64,000 bases of DNA, from contig CAWIOJ010000003.1 in NCBI GenBank assembly GCA_963837725.1, positions 283,570-347,569 on the forward strand, in the 5' to 3' direction. Position 1 is the first letter of the stretch, and every line of letters starts with the position of its first letter. The notes under the pieces are model-generated. The model made no database searches and was not told the origin of the DNA. It saw only the letters and a list, made by a program, of their open reading frames with translations. The DNA is from an uncultured Thermoleophilia bacterium. GTDB taxonomy: Bacteria; Actinomycetota; Thermoleophilia; Miltoncostaeales; Miltoncostaeaceae. Position numbers and translations under genes: made by a program. Positions 56,073 to 64,000 of this stretch are shown one piece after another.

Positions 56073-56519
56073 ATGGCCCGGACGCCACGCAACGCGAATC
56101 CCGATCGCTCCCGCCAGAGGGGCTTCACGTTCGTGGAGCTGCTCGTGACGGTGATCATGATCGGCCTGCTGTCGGCCCTGATGATCCCGGCCTTTCTGAG
56201 CAGCCGGGACAAGGCGTCGGGCGCGACCGCCGAGTCGCTGCTGCGCACGGGCGCGACGACCATGGAGTCGGTCGTGGTCGACACCGAGACCTACGACGCG
56301 GTCAGCCCGGGCCTGCTGCGTGCCACCGAGCCCAACCTGACCTGGCTGTCGGCCCCCGGCGCCGAGGCGAGCCACAACGAGGTCTCAGTCAGCGGCCTCG
56401 GGGCCCACGGCTACACCCTCTCGACCACCACGCCCTCCGGCGCCACCTACGTCCTCACCAAGGACATCACCCACACGCCGACCGTCACCCGCACCTGCGG
56501 CACGGGCTGCGCCTGGTAG
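56073..56519 (+). CDS. Type IV pilin-like protein
   Basis: Class III signal RQRG|FTFVELLVTVIMIGLL with E5; C-terminal Cys pair; GGAGGGG RBS. Confidence 0.88.
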   Translation: MARTPRNANPDRSRQRGFTFVELLVTVIMIGLLSALMIPAFLSSRDKASGATAESLLRTGATTMESVVVDTETYDAVSPGLLRATEPNLTWLSAPGAEASHNEVSVSGLGAHGYTLSTTTPSGATYVLTKDITHTPTVTRTCGTGCAW

Positions 56520-56545
56520 GCGGAGACTCCTCCGGGAGCACGGCC

Positions 56546-57520
56546 CTAGAGGTCGTGCTCCCATCCGCGTTTCGTCAGCGCGATCGCCCGTCCATCCCCA
56601 TCGCGGACCTCCAGGCCGGGAGTCCCCGCCTCGAGCGCGCCGACGGGGGTGAGCGGGAGATCGAGCAGGGCCCGCAGGGCATCGAGACGGTCCGGCGGGA
56701 CGGCCACGAGCAATTCGTAGTCCTCGCCGCCCGTCAACGCCAGGATGCGCTTGTCCTGGCCGGTCGCCTCCGCAACCGCGTCAACACCGGGGGCGACGGG
56801 AATCGCGTCGAGGTCGATCACCGCGCGCAGACCCGAGGCCACGGCGAGGCGCCCGCCGTCGAGGGCGAGCCCGTCCGAGAGGTCCATCATCGCCGTCGCG
56901 CCGTGGCCGGCCAGACGCCTCCCCTGATCCACCCGAGGCTCCGGCCGTCGCTGGGCCGCCCGGAGGGTCTCGGCGAGCGCGATCCCCTCGGCCAGGCCGG
57001 GGTCTTCCAGCAGAAGGAAACCGGCGGCCGCGGCGCCGAGCCCCCCGGTGACGCACAGCAGATCGCCCGCACCGGCCCCATCACGGCGCAGCGGCACCAC
57101 ACCCGGATGCGGCCGGCCGACGACCGTCACGGCCAGGGTCAACGCAGGCCCGCCAGTGAGATCTCCGCCGGCCACGGTCACGCCGAACCGGGCGGCGAGC
57201 TCCTCCATGCCGTCGTAGAGCGCGTCGAAGTCGTCGTCCGTGAAACCCGCGGGGGGCAGCACAAGCCCGACGAAGGCCGCGATCGGCTCGGCTCCCATCG
57301 CGCCGATGTCCGAGAGGTTCACGGCGAGCGCCTTGTGCCCGAGGTCCCGCGCGCCGGTGGTCGAGAGCCGGAAGTGGACGTTGTCCACCAACAGGTCCTG
57401 GGCCACCACCGCGTCGGCGCCCACGCGCAGGATGGCCGCGTCGTCGCCGACCCCGAGCTCCGTGCCCGGCCGGCGGGCGGCGCGCAACGCGATGCGCTCG
57501 ATGAGATCGAACTCGGACAC
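56546..57520 (-). CDS. thiL: Thiamine-monophosphate kinase
   Basis: SEFDLI, GVGDDAA, VHF, KALAVNLSDIGAMGA, GGDL, MDLSDGL, GGEDYELL. Confidence 0.95.
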   Translation of the reverse strand: MSEFDLIERIALRAARRPGTELGVGDDAAILRVGADAVVAQDLLVDNVHFRLSTTGARDLGHKALAVNLSDIGAMGAEPIAAFVGLVLPPAGFTDDDFDALYDGMEELAARFGVTVAGGDLTGGPALTLAVTVVGRPHPGVVPLRRDGAGAGDLLCVTGGLGAAAAGFLLLEDPGLAEGIALAETLRAAQRRPEPRVDQGRRLAGHGATAMMDLSDGLALDGGRLAVASGLRAVIDLDAIPVAPGVDAVAEATGQDKRILALTGGEDYELLVAVPPDRLDALRALLDLPLTPVGALEAGTPGLEVRDGDGRAIALTKRGWEHDL

Positions 57521-57527
57521 CGGTCCG

Positions 57528-57616
57528 TGCACTCCCTTCGCTGGCATTACCCAGATCAGGTTGGAGGGTCGAGGCTGATCGCCTCCTCTCAGCCGCCCTG
57601 CGGCAGCTCCCCTGCA
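57528..57616 (-). promoter_or_regulatory. TPP riboswitch
   Basis: Minus strand: GGGGAGC...GCTGAGAGG...GACCC...ACCTGATCTGGGTAATGCCAGCGAAGGGA, closed by a TGCA/TGCA P1 stem. Confidence 0.92.
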
Positions 57617-57680
57617 GGACGCGACCCTACCACCGGCCTCCCGGCTCAATCGCGAAGAGGAGGGGCCGATAGGCACCGCG

Positions 57681-58148
57681 ATGGGTGAGAAGAGCGAGCC
57701 GCAGGCCGGCGCCGTCGTCACCGCCACGACCCAGATCGCGATCGTGGGGATCGCGGACGTCGAGTACGCCCTCCCCATGGCCCTCGTCCGGCAGATCGCC
57801 CCGTACCGGACGCCCCGCCCGGTCCCCGGCAGCCCGACCCACGTCGAGGGCGTCGTCAACCTCGGCGGCCGCATGGTCGCCGTCGTGAGCCTTCGCTCCC
57901 TGCTGGGCGTCGGCGCCGCATGGACCATGGACGACGCGCGGATCGTCGTGGTGGCCGCAGGTCCGCTCTCGGCCGGCCTGGTGGTCGACGAGGTCAGCGA
58001 GATCCTGATCGTGGACATGGCGCGTTGCGCCCTGCGCGAGACAAGCGGTGAATCGGGGCCGATCGGCGGCACCGCCCGCGTCGAGGGTCGCGAACTGCAG
58101 CTGCTGGACGTTCCCGCGATCCTCGGGGAGCGCAGCCCAGCCGCCTGA
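57681..58148 (+). CDS. cheW: CheW-like chemotaxis coupling protein
   Basis: EYALPM..VRQI, PVPGSP.HVEGVVNLGG.MVAVVSL, GLVVDEVSEI. Confidence 0.85.
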   Translation: MGEKSEPQAGAVVTATTQIAIVGIADVEYALPMALVRQIAPYRTPRPVPGSPTHVEGVVNLGGRMVAVVSLRSLLGVGAAWTMDDARIVVVAAGPLSAGLVVDEVSEILIVDMARCALRETSGESGPIGGTARVEGRELQLLDVPAILGERSPAA

Positions 58149-58162
58149 CCGCGGCCGGCGCT

Positions 58163-59575
58163 TCAGCCGGCCGCCTCCCGAGACCTCCGGTAGCGCTCGA
58201 GCGTGATCTCGCGCCGCTCACGGTGGTCCACACGCGGTGCCGGGTAGTCGTGTCCGATGCGGCACCCGGCGCCGCGCTGATCCTCATCCGAGAGCCGCCA
58301 CGGTTCGTGGATGTGACCGTCCGGGACGTCGCGCCAACTCCGGCACGAACCGCCTCACATACGCGCCATCCGGGTCGAAGCGCTGGCCCTGCCGGGTCGG
58401 GTTGAGGACCCGGAAATACGGCGCCGCGTCGGTCCCGGTGCCCGCCGTCCACTGCCAGCCGCCGTTGTTGTTGGCCGGGTCGCCGTCGACGAGCCCCTGC
58501 ATGAAGGCCGATTCGCCCCGCCGCCAGTCGATCAGCAGGTCCTTGACGAGGAACGATGCCACGATCATCCGCACCCGGTTGTGCATCCAGCCGGTCGTGG
58601 CGAGCTGGCGCATGCCCGCATCGACGATCGGGAAGCCGGTCTCGCCGGCTCTCCAGGCCGCGAGGTCCTCGGCCGGCCCCTCCCACGCGATGCCACGCAG
58701 GTTGGCCTGGAAGGCGACGCTGGCCACCTCGGGATGGCGCGCCATGTGGTGGTGGTAGAACTCGCGCCAGCAGACCTGACGCCAGAAGGCCTCACGTCCG
58801 CTCGAGAGGCCCGCCGGAAGGCCGAGCGCCCGCCCGATCTGGCCGCCGGTGCACATCCCGAAGCGCAGGTACGCCGACATGTGGGACGTGGCGTCGTGGC
58901 GAGGGGATGTCGCGCTCGCTCCCGTAGGCGTCGGCGCCGCCGGAGCGGATGAACGCGACCAGCCGTTCGCGGGCCGCGGCCGGGCCCGCCGGCGAGCGGA
59001 GGGTCGCCCGACGGCAGGCGCCCGAGGCCCGGCGCTGGGAAGCGCCGGCCCGGCGATCGCGATCGGGCGCCGGAACGTGCTCGGGAAGCGGGATCGCGCT
59101 CCACGCGCGGCTGAAGGGAGTGAACACGCGATAGCCGCTGCCGGAGGATCCCCGACAGATCCCGGGGCTCGGCGAGCAGGTCGCCGCCGGTGACGCGCAC
59201 CTCGACGCCGGCCGACCGCAGGGCGCGCCGCAACCCGCCGTCGCGCGCGCGCCCGAGGGGGGAGACCTCCCGGATGTGGGTCACCGTCGTCGCGTCCGCC
59301 TCGGCGGCCACGGCCGGGACGACCTCCTCGGGAACGCCCTCGCGCACCACGAGCCGCGATCCCCGCTCGGCCAGCTCCGCGTCGAGGGCCTCGAGGCCGG
59401 CGCGAAGGAAACGCAGCCGCGCCGGAGCCTGGTGGTGGCGGCGGCCGAGAATGGCCGGATCGACCACGAACAGGCACACCACATCACCCTCGCGGGCGGC
59501 GCGCGCCAGGCCGGGATGGTCGGCCACACGCAGGTCGCGGCGGAACCAGACCACCGTCGGCCGCTGGGATGTCAG
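58163..59575 (-). CDS. phr: Deoxyribodipyrimidine photolyase (frameshifts)
   Basis: VVWFRRDLRVADH, TSHMSAYLRFG, WREFY, TGFPIVDAGMRQL, WMHNRVRM, NNGGWQW, DAAPYFR. Confidence 0.93.
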
Positions 59576-60064
59576 CTCGCGGCCCTCGCCTTCCCGGCCC
59601 GCTCCTCGAGCACCGATCGGGTGAGCCGGTGCCGCTCGGCGAAGGTGCGCGCCAATTGGCGCCGCACGACGAGTCGATTGGCCAGACGCCCCAGCGGCCC
59701 CAGGGGGAGCCGGTAGGTCACCCGGTCCGTCATCAGGGTGCGCTCGCCGTCGAGGGCCGCGAAGACGTGCTCGTGCCGCCATGAGGCGAAGGGCGAGCGC
59801 TCGGCGACATCGACGATCAGGGTCGGGCTTCTCCAGAGCGTCGATCCTCACCCGCCAGGTGGTTGCGAACGGAATGGGGCGTTGCCGCAGCCGCATCGTC
59901 ACGACGGAGCCCTCGCGCACCGGGAAGATGCCGCTCACGTCGACCACCGTGGTGCCGGCAGGGGAGATCAGCCGGGCGTTGCGGGTGTCCAGGTGGAAGC
60001 CGAAGACCAGCGCGATCGGAGCGGCGATCTCGACGGCGCTCTCGAATGTTGACGGGCTGCCCAT
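59572..60064 (-). CDS. SRPBCC family protein (frameshift)
   Basis: FESAVEIAAP..LVFGFH, SPFASWRHEHVF, MTDRVTYRLP. Confidence 0.75.
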
Positions 60065-60121
60065 CCGACCGAGCCTAGACCGTGCCGGTTGGCCCGCGTA
60101 CCCCTTCCGCCCGGGCCATGA

Positions 60122-60171
60122 GGGGTCGACGCCACTTGGCGTCAACACGGCGCGCCAATTGGCGCCGACCC
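60122..60171. repeat. Double-palindrome intergenic repeat, copy C
   Basis: GGGTCGA-CGCCACTTGGCG (60130) + 11 nt + CGCCAATTGGCG (60153)-CCGACCC. Confidence 0.7.
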
Positions 60172-60262
60172 ACCGGACTGGGGCATCCGACGTCCCGGGT
60201 CCCCTCGTCAAAGGGAGCCCGGACGCCGATAGGGGAGGGGAGTCCCAACTTCAGGAGTACCC

Positions 60263-61337
60263 GTGCCGCCTCCCCGTTTCCTCGTTCCGCTCGCCCTCGC
60301 CGCCGCCGCTCTCGTGGCGGTGCCCGGTCTCGCGATGGCGGAGCGGATGTCCATCGTCTACGACGATCAGGCAGTCCGTGCGGACGCTCACGGATCCGTC
60401 CGGGCCGGGGCCGGCGATCGGTATCGATCGCGGGGCTTTCCGCCAGGATCCCGGTATCGGTGGGCTCTTCGACCCCGCGGGGCCGTGATTCCAACTACCG
60501 GATCGGGAAGGTGAGCGCGTCGGTGCTCGCGGACCTCTCTCCCGAGGCATCGCCGACCGTCTGCAGGATGAGATCGACGATCCCGAGTACGGGAACACGT
60601 CGGGTCTGGTCGCCGTGGACGAGATCGGCAACGAGTTCAACGACGGCCGGGTCAAGGTCAGCTACAGCTACAAGACGGGTGCGCGGCAAGCAAGATCCGC
60701 GTCTCGTCGTTCAACCGCCTGATCGTGACCAAGACCGGCTGGCGCCTGGCCAAGGGCCCCGTGCCGCTGCCGGTGATCGCCCCCGACAGCCCCGGCGCAG
60801 AAGCATGTCGGACGCCATGGCGCTTCTCGCGGCGCGGCCCTACCCGGGCGGCGGCTCCTACGCCGCAGCGCGTCCACTTCTACGTCGCCCCGGCGTTCCT
60901 CACCTCGATCAGCGACGGGCGCGGCCCGCACCACCACCTCGGCCTCGACGGCAAGCCCCACCGCGCCACCTGGCGCGGCGTGATGCCCGCCCTCGCCCGC
61001 TCGGGCGGCGTGTGGCTCGAGATGTACCACCACTCCGCGGCCACGGGCCTCACCTCGCTGAGCGCGGCCGAGTGGAAGAAGGCCCCCCGCGTCTTCAGCA
61101 CCTACGCCGGCTCCTTCGGCGTCAACCAGAGCCGGATCCACCTCGTGATCAGCTCCTCGCCGGCCCCGCCGGACGGCGCGTCGAACTGCGGCTCGCCGAT
61201 GCAGTGCCAGTGGACGCTCGCCCAGGCCGACACCCGCGGCGGCGCGACTGCTCTCCAACGGCCCCGGCGCCTACAGCCTCGGCTCGCAGGCGGAGGAGTG
61301 GAGGACGGAGTTCAACCGGGTCTTCGCCGGCGCGTAA
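60263..61337 (+). CDS. Secreted hypothetical protein (several frameshifts)
   Basis: Signal peptide PRFLVPLALAAAALVAVPGLAMA; continuing fragments VAVDEIGNEF, RVHFYVAP, GGVWLEMYH. Confidence 0.55.
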
Positions 61338-61406
61338 CACCCGCGATGTCCTCTACAGTGCCGAACTGGGCGTCGTGGGGTCCCCCCGGGCCCTTCAGGG
61401 AGGCGT

Positions 61407-63017
61407 GTGGCAGTACCACCGATCACGGACGTCGAGCCGCGGGAGGACACCGGCAGCCATCGGCGCCCGGCTCCCCCGACGGCTCTGCCCGTGCCCGATG
61501 CCGATCCGCCCGGAGGGCCACGCCGGTTCCTCGCTGACCGCGCGCAGGTGCTCGTCTGGGGTCTCATGGCCCTCTACGCGGCCGTTTTCTCGTGGATGTC
61601 GGTGCAGGGCTACCGGGGCTATTCCACCGGCCGCTTCGACCTCGGCAACATGGTCCAGGCCGTCTGGAGCACCACGCAGGGCCGCCCGCTCGACACCACC
61701 GACATCTCCGGCGAGCAGTTCAATCGCCTCGGCGCCCACGTCGACCCGGTGCTGGTGCTGTTCGCGCCGCTCTGGATGGTGTGGTCGAGCCCCGAGATGC
61801 TGCTGGTGGCGCAGGCGGTGATCGTCGCGGCCGGCGCGCTGCCCGCCTTCTGGCTGGGGCGCCGCTGGCTGGGTGACGACCGCCTCGCCCTGGCCGGCGC
61901 GGCCGCCTACCTGCTGTATCCGGCGCTCGGCAACGCCACGCTGTTCGACTTCCATCCGGTCACCCTGGCCGCCCCGCTGCTGCTGTTCTGCATCTGGGCG
62001 ATGGAGGAGGCCCGGTGGGTGACGCTCGGCGTCTGCGCCGACGCTGGCCGCCCTCTGCCAGGAGCAGGTCGGGCTGCTGCTCGTGGTGCTCGGGGTGTGG
62101 GCCTGGTTCCGCCATCCCGAGCACCGGCGCGCGGCCGTCGTGCTCGCCGCCGCCTCGGCCGCGTGGGTGGCGATCGCCGTCGGGGTGATCATGCCGGCCT
62201 TCGGTCTCGAGACCACCAACGCGCACCTCGACCGCTACTCACGACTCGGCAACGGCCCGGCCGACATCGCCCTCAACCTCGTGACGCGGCCCTGGGAGTT
62301 CGCCGACGTCCTGCTCACCCCGGGCCGCATGCTCTACCTCCTCGGCCTGCTGCTGCCGCTGCTGCTGCTGCCGCTGGCCGCGCCGGTGCTCGCCGCCGTG
62401 GCGGTGCCGCAGTTGCTGATCAACCTCTTCGCCAGCAGCGGACCGGCCCAGAACGTGGACTACCACTACGCCGTCCTGATCACGCCGGTCTTCGTCGCCG
62501 CCGCGCTGCTGGGCCTGGCCAACCTGCGCGACCGCGGTCTGGAGGGTCGTCTCGGCCGGCTGATCGACCGCTCCGGGGCGATGGCGGCGCTGCTGGTGGG
62601 GGCCGTGATCCTCACCGGGGTCTGGCAGGGGCCGCTGCCGCTGTGGGGCTGGGTGCCCGGGGGGTGGGGGAGTGTGCCCCAGAACGCCCTCGTGGTGGAC
62701 ACGCACGCCCGTGCGATCCAGAAGGCCGTGGACATGATCCCTCCCGGCGCGGCGGTGTCGGCCACCAACGACGCGGGCTCGCACCTGTCGGCCCGCGAGC
62801 GGATCCTGCTGTTCCCGAAGCTCGCTCGACGCGGACTGGGTGCTGATCTCGGACGGCACGCGCCTGCGCCTGATGGCGCGCGACCGCCCGACCCTGCGGT
62901 TGTTCGGCAGCCGCTCGCGCGCGCGTCTGCTGCGAGACGAGCAAGGCCTGGCGCCTGGTGTTCCAGCAGGACGGGGTCAGGCTCTACCGCAGGGTTGCGA
63001 GCATCGACCGGAGCTGA
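61407..63017 (+). CDS. DUF2079-family membrane protein (GT-C-like; frameshifts)
   Basis: FDLGNMVQAVW, RLGAHVDP, FDFHPVTLA, YHYAVLITP, IPPGAAVSA..HLSARE. Confidence 0.8.
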
Positions 63018-63033
63018 GCCCTCGGGCTGACCC

Positions 63034-64000
63034 TCAGCCCGAGCCCGTCTGCTCCTCGTAGGCCTGCTGCGCCTTCTCCACCGCGTCGACGCGCGCCTTG
63101 CCGGTGGCCTCTGCCCGCGCCCGCGCCACGGCGTTCGACGATTCGATGCCCGTGAGCGAGTCCTGGAAGCGCGGCATCACGTGCCGCGCGAACAGCTCGT
63201 AGCTGCGGTGCACCTTGTCGCGGGGGGCCCACTCGTTGGCCCACACCATCAGGCCCCCGAACCCGCCCGACCGCTCCTGGAGGCGTTCGATGGCCGCGAC
63301 AGCGTCGTCAGGGGTGCCCACCACCCAGCTGCCCGCCTCCACCATCTGGTCGATGACCCTGTCGGCCGGGCCGGGCACCGGACGGGGCCTGCCGGTGATC
63401 GCCTCGGCGTAGTCGAGCAGGTACGCACCCGCCCCGGCGCGCGCGTCGTCGAGGGCCTCCCTGCGCGTCTCGGCCAGGTGCACCGGCAGCGACAGGCGCC
63501 ACTCGGCACGGTCGACCTCACGTCCCGCCTTCGCGGCCTCCTCCTCGGCGACCCTCCACTGGGCCTCGAGGTCGATCGGGCCGCGCGGCCCCTTGGCGAC
63601 CGTCAGCGACAGCACGCCGGCGCCGTGGCGGCCGGCCAGCTGCATGCCCGCGGGCGACTCCATGCTGGTCACCGCGATCGGGGGGTAGGGGCGCTGGTAG
63701 GGCCGGAGCTGCAGCACCGCGTCGGTGAGCGAGAACCACTCGGTCTCGACCGTGAGGGGGGTGGGGTCGGTGAGCAGCCGCACGATCACGTCGAGCGCCT
63801 CGGCCATGCGCGGGCGCAGCAGCTCGGGCGGGATGCCGAGCATGCGCGCGTCGGTGATGTGCCCGCCGGGGCCGACGCCGAAGTTGATCCGCCCGCGGGT
63901 GAGGTGGTCGAGCAGCACGATCCGGTCGGCCACCATCAGGGGGTGGTGGTAGGGGAGGCTCACGACGCCGGTGCCGAGCCGGATGTGCCGGGTGCGCTCG
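63034..64000 (-). CDS. LLM-class flavin-dependent oxidoreductase (5' end outside window)
   Basis: IRLGTGVVSLPYHHP, LDHLTRGR, LQLRPYQRP, VVGTPDD, SYELFARHVMP. Confidence 0.9.
   Translation of the reverse strand, partial: ERTRHIRLGTGVVSLPYHHPLMVADRIVLLDHLTRGRINFGVGPGGHITDARMLGIPPELLRPRMAEALDVIVRLLTDPTPLTVETEWFSLTDAVLQLRPYQRPYPPIAVTSMESPAGMQLAGRHGAGVLSLTVAKGPRGPIDLEAQWRVAEEEAAKAGREVDRAEWRLSLPVHLAETRREALDDARAGAGAYLLDYAEAITGRPRPVPGPADRVIDQMVEAGSWVVGTPDDAVAAIERLQERSGGFGGLMVWANEWAPRDKVHRSYELFARHVMPRFQDSLTGIESSNAVARARAEATGKARVDAVEKAQQAYEEQTGSG

Noticed and set aside
52640-57688. 1682-aa ORF and other very long Arg/Gly/Ala-rich ORFs (e.g. 1288..3765, 9763..11907, 23030..25903)
   Set aside because: Shadow frames of real genes in high-GC DNA, where stop codons are rare.
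59650-59684. Fourth copy of CGCCAATTGGCG
   Set aside because: It lies inside the SRPBCC coding region and has no good partner motif at +23, so it is not counted as a full element.

Overview
High-GC actinobacterial chromosome segment; gene content suggests class Thermoleophilia (inference). It is mostly housekeeping and metabolic genes: ftsH x2, uvrA, proS, fumC, panCDB, udg-tsaE-tsaB-rimI-tsaD, rex-cydAB, hppA, cysK/cysE/CymR-like, ppk2, pcrA, folD, npdG, thiL and a photolyase. Many genes are split by single-base indels, which look like long-read assembly errors rather than pseudogenes, so coordinates of split genes are reconstructed and approximate. No CRISPR array, integrase or transposase was seen. 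Highlights: (1) a LysRS-[TM]-DUF2156 fusion, i.e. LysX with its domains in reverse order, heading a 5-gene membrane operon; (2) a dispersed intergenic repeat of two CGCCAATTGGCG-type palindromes exactly 23 bp apart (3 copies), one next to a Zn-finger/HTH orphan gene and a strand-asymmetric codon shift; (3) a TPP riboswitch on thiL; (4) an atypical tRNA (UCG anticodon, U37) with a small foreign-looking islet at its 3' end; (5) a rod-like, 6S-like RNA candidate between ftsH and uvrA; (6) probable CUG starts and many leaderless promoters.
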